A DNA stretch of 64,000 nucleotides from NCBI GenBank assembly GCA_033442325.1, contig JAWQFM010000030.1, positions 719,855 to 783,854 of the forward strand. Reading direction: 5' to 3'. Origin of the DNA: Salpingoeca rosetta. Lineage: Eukaryota > Protista > Choanoflagellata. How positions within the stretch are numbered: position 1 is the stretch's first letter; the number at the start of each line of letters is the position of its first letter. A program made the position numbers and the translations under genes. This document shows positions 1 through 21,119 of the stretch, one piece after another. The notes beneath the pieces were generated by a model that made no database searches, had not been told where the DNA came from, and saw nothing but the letters and a program-made list of their open reading frames with translations.

Positions 1-33
1 TGTGTGTTTGCTTGATTGATTGTGTGTTTTCAG

Positions 34-512
34 GCTGCTCGACCTGCTGTTGTCGCAAGTGATCAGCGAGGGCGCGCAGGAAGGCAGTGTCGTGTGGAAT
101 GCGCGCGTTGAGGATCGTGAGAAGGAGGACGTGGACGTCATCAAGACATCCGTCATGAAGCAAGGCGTCACATTCGCCTCTCTCGGCCAAGGAACCGTCC
201 AAGGCGGTGAGTGTGCTGTGTGTGCGTGTTGTGTGTGTATGTGTGTGTCTGTGTGTGTGCACGTGTGTGTGTGCACGTGTGTGTGCGTGTGCGCGCGCTA
301 CGTGCACCGAGGCAAACTTGCTCACAGGCCGACGTTCTGTCCGTGTGTTTGTTTCGGCAACAGACGTTGTGGATGACGACGGCAGCGACGACACTGGTAC
401 GTTGTGATGCGGCCTGCGCAGGCGTGTTTGGGCTCGCCTTAATTGCGGCACGTGTCATGCAGCGCATCATCACGCGCCACTTACACCCCCCCCCCCACAC
501 ACACACACACAC

Positions 513-560
<48 letters not shown>

Positions 561-867
561 CCGCAGGTGTGATTGTTGGAGCGGTGCTCGGCACGATTGC
601 CGGCGTTGCGCTGATTGCGCTCATCTTTGTCCTCTACAACCGACGCGGGCAGCGCGAAGAGGAAGAGGCCGCCGAGAAGAAGCACGAAGAGGAGCTGAAG
701 CAGCAGCACCATCACGAGCAGCAACACCACCACCGCCCGCACGAGCGCCGACACAACGTGTACGAGGCGCCCGCTGCTGTTACGGGCGACAAGACAGACA
801 AGAGCAGGCAGCGGCCAGGGGAATACCACCTCGAACACCACCACCGGGCAGTGGAGGTGGAGGTGTG

Positions 868-868
<1 letters not shown>
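34..868 (+). CDS. 3' part of a spliced single-pass membrane protein gene with a His/Glu-rich cytoplasmic tail (exons ~34-206, 364-396, 567-868)
   Basis: Canonical ag/gt boundaries at 33/207, 363/397 and 566. The last exon encodes TM helix GVIVGAVLGTIAGVALIALIFVLY followed by NRR and a His-rich tail ending at TGA 866-868. Confidence 0.7.
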
Positions 869-938
<70 letters not shown>

Positions 939-1161
939 TGTGTGTCATGAAAGGTGGGTGGGAACCGTGCTGCATTGACCACATGGCGCAAACAGGTGAA
1001 AAAGCACAGGCGAAACACGAACCTCCATCGTGTTTTGTCGCATGATAGCGGGCCGTGTTGTCGAGGATGCACACGCCAGAGACATTGGTGGACGTCACTG
1101 CATGTTCACAGAATGTTGTGAGTGGCAAGGGGAAGAGCGGATGCAAACCACACTTGCAAGC

Positions 1162-1242
<81 letters not shown>

Positions 1243-1424
1243 AAACACGCAAGCCCACCTGTTGGTGTATGTGCAGTGGCATAAACCGTCTCTTCTGTGT
1301 CTCCGCGCGCTGTTTGAGATGTCATATGACGGGAAATGAGAGCGTGCGTGCGTGCGAAAAAAAAAAAAAAACTGTGGCTGGAGTGATACGCCTTCCCCAC
1401 CCGCAACACCGCTTCCATCCATCA

Positions 1425-8070
<6,646 letters not shown>

Positions 8071-8683
8071 TTGACGTGTGCGTGTGCATCAGATCAGAGA
8101 AGCCAGGGTAAAGGGGAAAATGCACGCCGAGGTTTGTGGTCGATGAGGCAAACAGTGCTTGTGTCAATGTCAGTTGGTAGACCAGTCAACGCAAGCAGAC
8201 CTCGAAGAACGGTAGCAGCTGCAGCGGTGAGGAGAGGGGATGATGCGACCATGACGGCGGTTGCCGTCACAGTGAAGTCATTGTGTGGTGGTGGCTGTTG
8301 AGCTCGCGTTGCTTGTTGTTGTTGTCCTTGTTCGTTTGCTTGTGGTTGGGAGGAAAATTGGTGAAAACCTTCAACGGCTTTTCTACAATCACAACAAACA
8401 AGCGAAGGAGAAAGCGCTCCGCACTCGCTGTCCTACATCCAGCAAAGCAGCAAGCAAGAAGCCATCCCTCCATCCATCCGCTCCCCTGTTTCACTTGTTT
8501 CAGTCCTGGCGATGCGGGCAGAGTGGGCACTGGTTGCTGAACACCTGCTGTTGCTGGCAGATCGAAGAGATCGCCTGCATGCATCGTCCTCATCCGGTTC
8601 CAGTGCATTTGCTGCGACGAGCGCTGACGAAGAGGATGTTGCCGTTGCTGCGGTTGTGCAGGGTGATGTTCATGACCCCCGCA

Positions 8684-8712
<29 letters not shown>

Positions 8713-8714
<2 letters not shown>

Positions 8715-8841
8715 GCACGCCACAAGGGGCCGACTTGCTGTTCTCCACACGATCATGGGTAAGGCCATGGGCGCCATCTGCTGCGAGATGAAGGAGCGTC
8801 ACTCTCCGTTCCACGTCGGCGACGTCAAGTACCATCTCGGC
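8713..8841 (+). pseudogene. Fragment of 2-oxoglutarate dehydrogenase E1-family gene (OGDH/DHTKD1-like)
   Basis: Translates as RGRLAVLHTIMGK...HVGDVKYHLG, matching the HRGRLNVL...GDVKYHLG signature. The upstream GMPHRGR motif appears frameshifted, and the fragment is cut by an assembly gap. Confidence 0.7.
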
Positions 8842-8956
8842 TTGGTGCGCAGTGTGGTGTCGTGCCAAGCGCACGCAGGCTGTGTGTATTTGGGGAGTGC
8901 CTTGGGTGCTGAATGTGTGTGCGTGTACGTGCGTGTGTATGTGAGCAGGTGTTCAT

Positions 8957-9056
8957 NNNNNNNNNNNNNNNNNNNNNNNNNNNNNNNNNNNNNNNNNNNN
9001 NNNNNNNNNNNNNNNNNNNNNNNNNNNNNNNNNNNNNNNNNNNNNNNNNNNNNNNN
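8957..9056. other. Assembly gap (100 N)
   Basis: Run of N. Confidence 1.
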
Positions 9057-9272
9057 TGCGCTAGCTGCGATCCGTGCAGCGCTCCAACAAGCAAAAACTT
9101 CTGGCGTAAGTTTCAGCACTGCGGTCGCGTCTTCTTCTGCGGCTTGGACAAGCTGGAGGCGTGGGCTGCAGACACACAGCAGGCTGCGCATGCCACAACC
9201 CAGAAACCTCGCGAGGAACCTGGCGCAGCAGACGGAACAGACAGAGAAAGTAGTGACAAGAGAGACGCCCTC

Positions 9273-10956
9273 ATGATGCAGATTCAGCAGCCGTGCGCGC
9301 AGCAGCAGACACATGAACTCGAGACAGCAAGCCACGAGAACCAACACAAAGACCGCGGCACTGCGCACAGTATGTCCACGCCCACGCGCGCACCCACACT
9401 CACACCGGCAGTCTTCTCATTGTACGCATCCCTGAACAGCCAAGCAGATGCTGAGCGTTTCCGAGGCCTGCGCACGACCGTGTTGGCGGACGCGCGCGCA
9501 GAACACGTCTTCATTCAGGCACAGGCACCCCTGGCCTCCCTGACGGTGAGCAATGCAGACAACGTTCACATCAACGCGTGCTCGGCGGTGATCGACAACT
9601 TGGTGATCCGCGACGTGACACGCGTCGTCTGGCTGCCAGCAACAACACAACGCAGCACCGCATGCCACCTCAGCAACGTCCAGCATATTGACCTGCGCAC
9701 CAAGAGCACGCTCACAGAAGATCTGGGCGCATTTGCCGGAATCCCGAGCGTTGGCCTTTGCAACTGCCAGCGATGACACGGTCGTGGACCTTGCGTCACT
9801 CCATGGCGTGAAGCAGCTGAGGTTGCCCACCGAAGGCACGGAAGCAGTACGGGGACACTCGGTGTTTCAAACAGCAGAAACGCTCGTGCTGTCGCACACG
9901 AGCATCACCCCGACAGACACGCTGCCGGCGGCGACCGTTGTCAACCTCTCCCACATGAGACCTGTACCGGAGCTGCTGCATCTGACCAACGCCATCGACA
10001 TTGCCCTGGGATATGGGTCCAAGGTGCGGCAGTTCACATGTGCGCCACGCATCGAGAGACTCGTGATCCGTGACGCCACGGGCACGCCACCATGCATTCC
10101 AAAGTTTGAGCACGCCCAGGTCGTGTGCCTTGCGCTGCCGCATCTGCACCTGACGAGCGAGCAGCTGGTTGACCTCAGCACCCGCGTTGACAAGTTGGTA
10201 CTTCGACGGTTGCTGCGCGTTCCGGATGATGCAGACTCGCCGCATACAAGCACAAGCGTCGTGCGTGGTATCCCCGACCATGCGCACGTGTGCCTGGACT
10301 GTTTCGAGATTGACGAACCGGTCCCACCGTGCGTCAAAGAGCTCAAAGCGCTGGTGGAAGGCAGCGCTGTGCAAGGCAGGTTCGTCAGCCACGTCCCGCG
10401 CCTGAGTCTCAAAGACAAATGCGGGCACGCGCGCATCAACGACGTGCACTTGCTCTCTGGGCGCAAGGTGCTGCAGTTGACGCAGGTCTTGCTTGAAGGG
10501 GAGCTCGCGTCTTGCGAGCAGCTGAGTCTGTGCGGGTGCCGGGGGCGCCTGGGCTTGACATCCATTGGGTCCCTCGACCTGAATGGCGCAGTGGTGACTA
10601 CTGACGATGACAACGGCGACGGAGACAACAACATCGATTCTGGCGATGGCAGTGACGACAGTGACAACAGGGCACTTGCGGAGACGAAGCTGTTAATCAC
10701 GCGCGTGCACCATGTGACCCTCTGCCGTCTCGAGGAGTGCGTCATCCACGAATTTGGGTGCTTTCAGGACGTGCAGCACCTCACGCTGAAGGAATGCAAG
10801 TTCGAGGACCTGGCCAGCTTTCCGCCCGTGCATGTCCTCGTTTTGCGCAACTGTGAAACCATGGACGAGGACGGGTGGTGCCCAGGTGCAGTCTTCGTGG
10901 ACCGCTCGCCATACGAGATGGAGCAACTCTTGCTTACCGAGCGAAGAAGGTGGTGA
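9273..10956 (+). pseudogene. Intronless LRR-like solenoid hypothetical protein split by one frameshift near 9750-9775
   Basis: Two overlapping ORFs (ending 9776 and 10956) in different frames, both with LxxVxxLxL-type repeats. Could be a sequencing error rather than a true pseudogene. Confidence 0.55.
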
Positions 10957-10989
10957 ACGGTCAGTGTGTGTGTGTGTGTGTGTGTGTGC

Positions 10990-11041
<52 letters not shown>

Positions 11042-12673
11042 TGTAGCCTTCAGCCAGACCGCACGAAACGCGGCAGCCCAGAACAGACACGATTGTGCTC
11101 GAAAACGCCACCACAACCACAAACGTGCGCGATCTCACCACATTCACGTGCAGACACGTCAACGCGACCCTTTTGTTGGCGCCCGTGACCTGTTGCTGTT
11201 GTTCTTCTCCTTGTTGGTGACATGACCTTATTGTTTTGCTCCCGCTTGTGCGCGTTCGCCCCGTGTCGGTGCGCGGGGTCCGGCCTTGCTCCTCCGGGGC
11301 ACCGTTCCACCAGCACCACCCCTGCCCTTCTCCTCCTCCTCCTGCTCCACCAACACCTTCTTCTTCTCCACCTCCTTCTTCTTCTCCTCCTCCTCCTTCT
11401 TTGTCTTCTCCCCCATTGTCATTCCTTGCACCTCTGCCCTACTCTTCTCGTCTATTGCATCTGCCTGTTGCTTGTCCCTGGGGCGCCCTTTCCTTCTTCT
11501 TCTTTCTTTTGTTCCTTGACCTGTCCCCCCTCTTGGTTCTCCCCGCCGCGCCTTCAGCAGAGCCATGTGCGCTTGGTCAATAAACGGGAACGTCCTGAGA
11601 AACGCCTCCATGTGCACGGCTGTACTGGCCATCCCGCACACCCACCACAGAGCTGGTTGCTTGGCGACCCATCGACTTTGTATGCGTAGACCGTCGATGC
11701 CAACGTGCGGCAGGTACTATGCCACGGCTCGGGCTGTGCCAGCAGTCTGCTGGTTTCGTTGTTGGTTTTTGTTTGTTGTGAGGGTGTTTGGTGGCCATTT
11801 TCCTCGAACCACCCCAATCACAACAAGCAAGAAGCAACCAAGAAGCATAAGCAAAACAAGCCAAGACTGGTTGACCAGATACCACGCACATCCATCGGCT
11901 TTGTTGTCCTTTGATTGTCAGGACAGCGCTGCCTCTCCCTCTCCCCTTCAAGTCCTCAGCTCTCCTCTCAGTCCTTCAGTCCACGCCATCCTTGTGTGAC
12001 CACGGTGTGCGTAAGCGTACTCGCCGCCTCAGGCTGACGGTTTCTTTGCTTCTTCTGCCAACTGCCTTGAGTTGCTGTGCATGTGTGTGTGAGCGGTTGG
12101 TTCAAAACGCACAAGACACCTTCTTGGGCCCGGAAGCGTGTTCGTTGTTGCTACCACCAGCTTCTCGCACTCACTCTCAGCTGCTCTTTGTGGTTTGCGA
12201 AAAGCTGAGCGACCAGCCTTGCGTGCTCCACCAGCATCCCCCCCCCCAACAAAAAAAAAAAAAAAAAGCTGGTGGGCACTCTCTCCTCTCTGTCTGGTCT
12301 GTTTCGTCTCCTTTTGTTGTTCCCACCCACCAACCAAAAAAAAAAAAGGCGAAAGCCACGCCCCCCTCCTCCAGTTTTGCTTTTCCTTCTCTCTTCTCTT
12401 GTTGTGTGCACTGCAACCACAACAACCAACCAACCGGTCCTTGCTACTCTTCTCTTTCTCCCCTTCCCCTCCAACCAAAGCAACCAACCCCACTCCCCTC
12501 TTCCTCTCCCTGTTTGTCTCTCTCTCCTCGATCGTCTCCTCTTCCCTCTTCCTGGCACCTCGCCCCGCGCCAGCCACCAAGCCCTCAAGCCCCCAAGCCC
12601 ACCGTCCGCACCACACGGATTGCCCAGCCCACTGAGCGATTGACCTCCAAACCCCCACACCGCTCCTCAGGCT

Positions 12674-12759
<86 letters not shown>

Positions 12760-12761
12760 CC

Positions 12762-15309
12762 ATGGCTGACCAGCGACTGACGCACGGCGTGTCCGTGGCA
12801 GCTGTGCGGCGGTTCCTGGATGATTTGAAGCGCGAGTTCCCCGACACGTACACTGAGATGACGACGGAGGATGCTTGCAAGCAACTGGTTGTGCCACGCA
12901 CGCGCCAGGACAACTGCGCCTACGTCGAGCAGCTGCGCAAGCAGTCGCCAGAGCACGTGAACAAGGCCACCGTGTTTGTGTCGCACGCATGGCGGTACAA
13001 GATCGCAGACGTGCTCAACGTCTTGCTGGAGTTTGCGGATGAGCAAGCAAGGAAGGATGACGGCCAGCCGGTGTTCTTCTGGTTTGACCTCTTTATGAAC
13101 AACCAAAACGCCAACGTCACCGCCAACCTCCCACCAGAGTGGTGCGTTTTGTGTGTGTGTGTGTGTGTGCAGCTGTGTGTGTGTGTGTGTGTGCGTGTGT
13201 GAAACTCTCGTGCTCTTCAGCAACCACTGCCACATGCACACGTACACAGACACACGCACGTTGTTCCCTCACAAAAACTATAACCCCTCCCCTTTCCTCC
13301 CGTCTTCGTCTTCCCTCCACCCCAATTCCGCCCCGTTTCCTTTCTCAACACGCAGGTGGAGCACGACGTTCAAGCAGTCGATTGCCAACATTGGCCATGT
13401 GCTGCTGGTGCTCATGCCGTGGCGAGACCCTGTTCCCTTGACACGCGCGTGGTGTTTGTGGGAGATCTTCTGTGGCATCAGCAACGAAGGCACAGAGGTC
13501 ACCATCCAACTGCCCAACAGCGAAGAACAGGCACTCCAACACGCAATTCGCGACAGCTATAAAGCCGTCACAGACACGCTGGTGCGCGTGCAGGCAGAGC
13601 GGGCCGACGCCTTCAACCCCCACGACAAACACATGATCTTCACGGCGATCGAGTCGTGGGCGGGTGGCTTCAGCGCAGTCAACCAGGCCGTGAAGGACCA
13701 GCTGCGCGCGTGGTGCCTGCAAAAGGCGGTGGGTGCCGTCGAAGCAATGCGAGCACGTGGCGAAGACAGCACTGACGCCTTCGCGGGGCTGTGTGGTGCG
13801 GTTGGGTCGGTGCTGTTGCAGTTTGGCGAGCACGACCGCGCCATTGCCTACTACGAGACAACGCTGACAATTCGGCTGCGCACTGAGGGGGAGAACGGGA
13901 AGAACGTCGCGGCGCTGTACAACAACATCGGCAACGCCTACGACAGCAAGGGCGAGTACGACAGGGCCATCCACTACTACGAGAAGGCCCTCGCCGTCTT
14001 CGTGGAGACGCTGGGCGAGAAGCACCTGAGCACAGCGAGCACGTACAGCAACCTTGGCATCGCCTACAGGAACAAGGGCGACTACGACAACGCAGTTGCG
14101 TTTTATGAGAAGGCGCTCGCCGTCTTCGTGGAGACGCTGGGCGAGAAGCACCCGAGCACAGCGAGCACGTATGGCAACCTCGGCAACGCCTACTACAGCA
14201 AGAGCGAGTACGACAAGGCGATTGCGTTTTATGAGAAGGCCCTCGCCATCACGGTGGAGACGCTGGGGGAGAAGCACCCGAGCACAGCCGACACCTACAA
14301 CAACCTCGGCACTGTCTACGCCAGCAAGGGCGAGTACGACAAGGCGATTGCGTTTTATGAGAAGGCCCTCGCCATCACGGTGGAGACGCTGGGGGAGAAG
14401 CACCCCAGCACAGCTGCGTCCTATGGCAGCTTGGGCATCGCCTACAATAGCAAGGGCGACTACGACAAAGCGATCCAGCTGTACGAGAAGGCGCTCGCCG
14501 TCTTCGTGGAGGCGCTGGGCGAGAAGCACCCGAGCACAGCGATGACGCTTGAGAACATCGGCCTGCTGCACGACAAGCGCGGGGACAAGGAGCAGGCCTG
14601 CGCCTATGTCCAGCAGGCGCTCAACGTGTTTACAGCCACGCTCGGGCCAGACCACCCAAACACCCGCAAGGCGGAGCGCAACCTGCGGCGCATTCGCGGT
14701 GGTACTGTGAACGCCCAGCATGCATCCACGCAACACGTGTCAGGGTCTCGACTTCAGCAGCAAAACTTGCTTGCTCATCGCCACCTTCTGCTTCGGTTCA
14801 TCTCTTCTGCTGTTGTATACCAGTCGTTTGCTCCACAACGCAACCTGCTCATGCGATTTCTCGGTGCAGTTGCACATGCTGATGTTGACGCAAGACGCCC
14901 AGCACACACAGGCAGCGACGATGAAGACAAGAAGACAGGGACTGGGCACGGCTGTCCTCGTGGCTGCTCTGTACCAGCAAGAGCGTTGTACAAGGACGCT
15001 TGCAAGTGCCCTAGCGAGCCTGTTGCTGGCTGGTTGCGGAAGCGTAGGCGACGGAGGGCCGCCTTTCGCCCGTGCTGGTGCAAGCTTGACGACGACGGCC
15101 ACCTCGCGTACGGCAAGTCCCCTTCAGGCACGGCCAAGCGACGCATCCCCCTGTCCAGCGTGCTGTCAGCTGAGCTCGCCCATGGTGGCGAAGAGTTACA
15201 CGTTGCTGGTCCCGGCCGCACCTTCGTCTTCCGCCTGCACGCGCACTCTGACACCTCGCTCGCCGACTGGTGCACCGCCATCAACAGCCGCATCAACGCC
15301 ACCACTTGA
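12762..15309 (+). CDS. TIR/HET-like N-terminal domain + 42-aa TPR array + C-terminal PH domain protein (exons 12762-13141, 13356-15309)
   Basis: Spliced junction restores PPEWWSTTF. N-terminal motifs FVSHAW, FWFDLFMNNQ and LTRAWCLWE; about 7 kinesin-light-chain-type TPRs (GEKHPSTASTYxNLG); PH motifs AGWLRK...WCKL...WCTAIN. Confidence 0.85.
13830..14650 (+). repeat. 126-bp coding tandem repeats (TPR units) with high nucleotide identity
   Basis: gagaaggccctcgcc...gtggagacgctggg.gagaagcaccc recurs every 126 bp (e.g. 13981, 14107, 14233, 14359, 14485). Confidence 0.9.
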
Positions 15310-15321
15310 CTGTGTGCTGTG

Positions 15322-15364
<43 letters not shown>

Positions 15365-16479
15365 CTTGCTGGTTTGCTGGTTTCTCTCTTTGCTCCTTTC
15401 TACCTTAACGTGCTTGCTTGCCGCTTGCCTTGCCTTGCTTGACTTTGCTTTGTTTGTGTGACACTTTAGTAAACTCTTCACGCAATCCAACCGGCTGACA
15501 AGCAACTAGCATACAACCTTCCACACCACACGTCAACCAAGCACTGGCTCTCGCATCCACTTCACCAACCCATCCACGCATCAGCTCCAGGGTGCGGCCC
15601 GTGGAAAAGTAGTTCCATCAGCACGTTCGAGTGCGGCGGCATCGGTAACACGTTCGGTTGCGAGCGTGCACGGCGCCCAGCGACCTTGTTGGAGGGTTGG
15701 GTCGCTAGCCTCTACTCGCTGTCCGTCCACGACCGTGCGGAATAGCACGTCGTCGCTGCAGGCCTACGCCAATCGAGAACGCCGGCTTGAGCGCGTGGGT
15801 GCGCCCCACTCTCATGCTGCACCTCCGCCACCGTTAATTCCTCCTCGGGGTTCAGGTCACCCGTCCTCAGCGACAGGTCCCACCATACAAAGGGCTGCAG
15901 CGACATCAGGAACGTGAAGAGGTCTGCGTCCCAGCAGCGTGCTTTCGCAATCTTGTCTCCACGTCGGTCTTGCTGCGCATCATGCCCGCGAACACGGCGG
16001 CAATCCCTGACGGCAGCTGCAGCTTCGTCTCGAACGGCGCCTGCAGCGTCTTCTTGTTGACGACCGCGTGCGTGTCCTTGCCCACCTCGCGCGCGCGCGT
16101 GTCCTCGGGCGAGACGTTAGAGCACGTCTCTCGCGCTTGGGGCGCACCCGTCCGTCTGCTCAAACCACAATCGTGTTGACGTGTGTTGTTGTGCTGGAAC
16201 GTGCGTTTGGGGGGGTCCCGGCGCCCTCACACGTGCCTGCCAGGGTCGGCGAGCGACCTGAAGCCAAACGGCCGTGGCGGCGGTGGGTCGATGGTGAGTC
16301 CGCCATCCCCGTTCACGCATCCCGACGGATGTGCTTGCTCTTGATGGCTGTTGTTGCTGGGGAGCGGGGGAGGAAACGACACCACGATACTGGATGGGCA
16401 GTAGCTGGGCGTGGATGTGGAGACGTTGTGGCAACGGAGCATGTCAGCTGTTCGCACTTGTCGACATAGATGAGAGGAG

Positions 16480-18390
<1,911 letters not shown>

Positions 18391-18392
18391 TC

Positions 18393-18423
<31 letters not shown>

Positions 18424-18769
18424 AGCTGTCTTCTTGCTTGTCTCTGCTGTTCTTTCTACAGCCCGGTTTGGTTGTGGGTTTGGTTGGTGGTCGCAATGGT
18501 GGTTGCTTTCCTCGTCCGCCACTGCCCGTTATCTTCCGCACCACTGCAGACAGCAACCAAAGAAATGCCAACACCACCACCACACAGGGTTGTTTGTTCT
18601 TGCACACGCGCATGTGTGTGTGTGCTTTGATGAGTTGTTTCGTCAACAGACATTGTGAACCGCACCATCACAGTCAACATCACAGGCTCGGGTTGTCACA
18701 GCCAAGGCACAGCGTTCACCCATAGCAATGGCAATGTGCTTCTCACTCACTCACTCTCTCACACACTAA

Positions 18770-18823
<54 letters not shown>

Positions 18824-19129
18824 ACCTTGATCGTCCAGGCCATGCACTGCGGCATGGTGAGATGCAGACACCAAGCGGGTGCCAGTTGAGAGCACCATAA
18901 TCTTTCCCTGTTACACCAGCTGCCCTGAGGTCAGTGCGTACTCGTGCACGTGCGTGTGTGCTTGCGTGTACGCCTGTGCGTAACACCGCGTGTTTCCAGC
19001 GGGAATGGTGTATCATGCAAGATGGTGCCATGGTGAATTGAAGGTGGTGACGCACTGCGCATGCTGAACTTTTGACCTCGGCTTCACTTCCCTCCCTTAC
19101 CCTCATTGCCATCACCATCACCGACGTGC

Positions 19130-19227
19130 GTGTACAAGGAAGGCGTTGTTGCGCAGGGGATCGTCAAGATCAGCGGTCGCTACAGGCCCATCCACCAGAT
19201 CCTCAACTTCCACGCAGGTGAATAGGA

Positions 19228-19319
<92 letters not shown>

Positions 19320-20650
19320 AACAAGTTGATTGATGAGATTTCAACTCGACTGTATGCACACTCACCTACTATCTTGTTCCATACACACGAACCCCCCCCA
19401 CAAACAACATCACACAACCTGTTGGCAGCAAGTGTGTGTGTTGTACAAGAAGCCACTGCTGGAGAGCGGGACGATGGGCACGGGCGCCAACGTCGACGTC
19501 ATTGTGCCGCACACCATCAACTCATACAGCGATGGCGGCGACGCAGAAGCAGGTATGTGTGCTGTGTACACGTGCGTGTGTGCATTTGAGAAGCTTACAC
19601 GGTCATTTGCATCCTATCCAGCCCCATCGTCTCACCGCCACTCAACATCTTTTTTCGCCCTCTTCTTTTCCTGTTCTCAGGTGGCGGCATTCCCATGTGC
19701 ACGCTGCGCAACTTCCCGCACCTCATCGACTACTGTATCGAGTGGGCGCGGGCCAAGTTCACGGACCTGTTTGTGAGCCCTGCGTCGCAGCTGCAGCAGT
19801 TCCTGGAGGACCCTGAGGGGTTCATCTCGGGGCTGGAGACGAAGATTGAGCAGCACGTGGGTGGCGAGCGGATTGGCGCCCTCGAACGCGGCGTGGACAT
19901 GCTCAAGGCCATCAAGGACCTCGCCGCACAGGTGCTGGTGTTGTTGTTGTTGTTGAAGGTGGCAGTGTGTGGTAATTGTGTGGTAATTGTGTGATGGATG
20001 TGATGACACACCCTTTCCTGCTTATGAGGGTTAACATCTCCGTACCTTCACCACCACCGACACGTTCTTTCTTTCAGCTGCAAGAGAAGCCGACGATGGA
20101 GACGTGAGTGTGGCTGGCGTGGCGTGACTTTCACGCGTTTTCCCGCGACGTCATTCTGGACCTCATCGCCACCTTCCTCGCAGAGGCAAAGACCAAGAGT
20201 GGAGAGCCCTTTTGGTCAGGTGAGGACTCGTGTGTTTGTTTGTTTGTGTGTGTGCGTGTGTGTGTGTGCGTGTTGTTTGTTTGTGTTCGCTCTGGCAGCA
20301 CCACCCACACCGCAACTGATCGTTTGCTCACCTCGCCCGTCGTGTGTGCTGCCCATAAAGCCTACAAGATCTTCCCCGAGGTGCTCGAGTTTGATCCGCA
20401 GAATCCGCTGCACAAGGCGTTTCTGATTGCCGTCACCAACCTCTACGCATGCGTCTTCAAGGTGGGCTGGCTGTGGGGTGCCTTCTTTGCTTGGGGGTTA
20501 GATGGTGGTGGGGGGTTGCTTTGGGGTGAGGTGGTGGTGGCGGTTGCGTGCGGTCGTTTTCTGCTGACACCACTGCCTCATCTGCGATGATGTTCAGGTA
20601 CACCCGACCAAGTACCCAAGCGAGGAGAACAAGCTCCACACCAAGCGGTG
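19130..20650 (+). pseudogene. UBA1: Ubiquitin-activating enzyme E1 (UBA1-like) internal fragment with in-frame stop
   Basis: KPLLESGTMGTGANVDVIVPH, catalytic-Cys motif IPMCTLRNFPHLIDYCIEWAR, EPFWSG. In-frame TGA at 20105-20107; N- and C-terminal parts are missing. Confidence 0.85.
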
Positions 20651-20859
20651 AGCCGCGATGGCATGGGCTTTGCTTGGAGCTTTTTGCAGCATTGAATGGC
20701 TACGACGCTTGTGACTCGACACACACACACACACATACACATGCACACACCCACCCACATGCACATGCACACACACATGCGCACACACACACATATACAC
20801 ACACAAATTCTCATGCCGTTCCTCATGCTTGCGCATGATGTGCCTTGTTTTGGAGACAG

Positions 20860-21082
20860 ATGTTGCGGCGTGGTTCATCAACAAGCGCAAGGTGTACCCT
20901 GTCAAGCCTGACCTTGACGACTCCAAGCTCCCGCCAATCGACATCCCCATCGTACGTGCCCAACGCGGTGCCACGAAGCAGGGTGAAGAGTGTCTGAATG
21001 TGTGTGTGTGTGTGCGTGTGAGTGTATGTGTGTTTGAGTTGGCAGCAGTTGCTGTGAGTCTCAACTGCACCCACTTGTGAAT

Positions 21083-21119
<37 letters not shown>

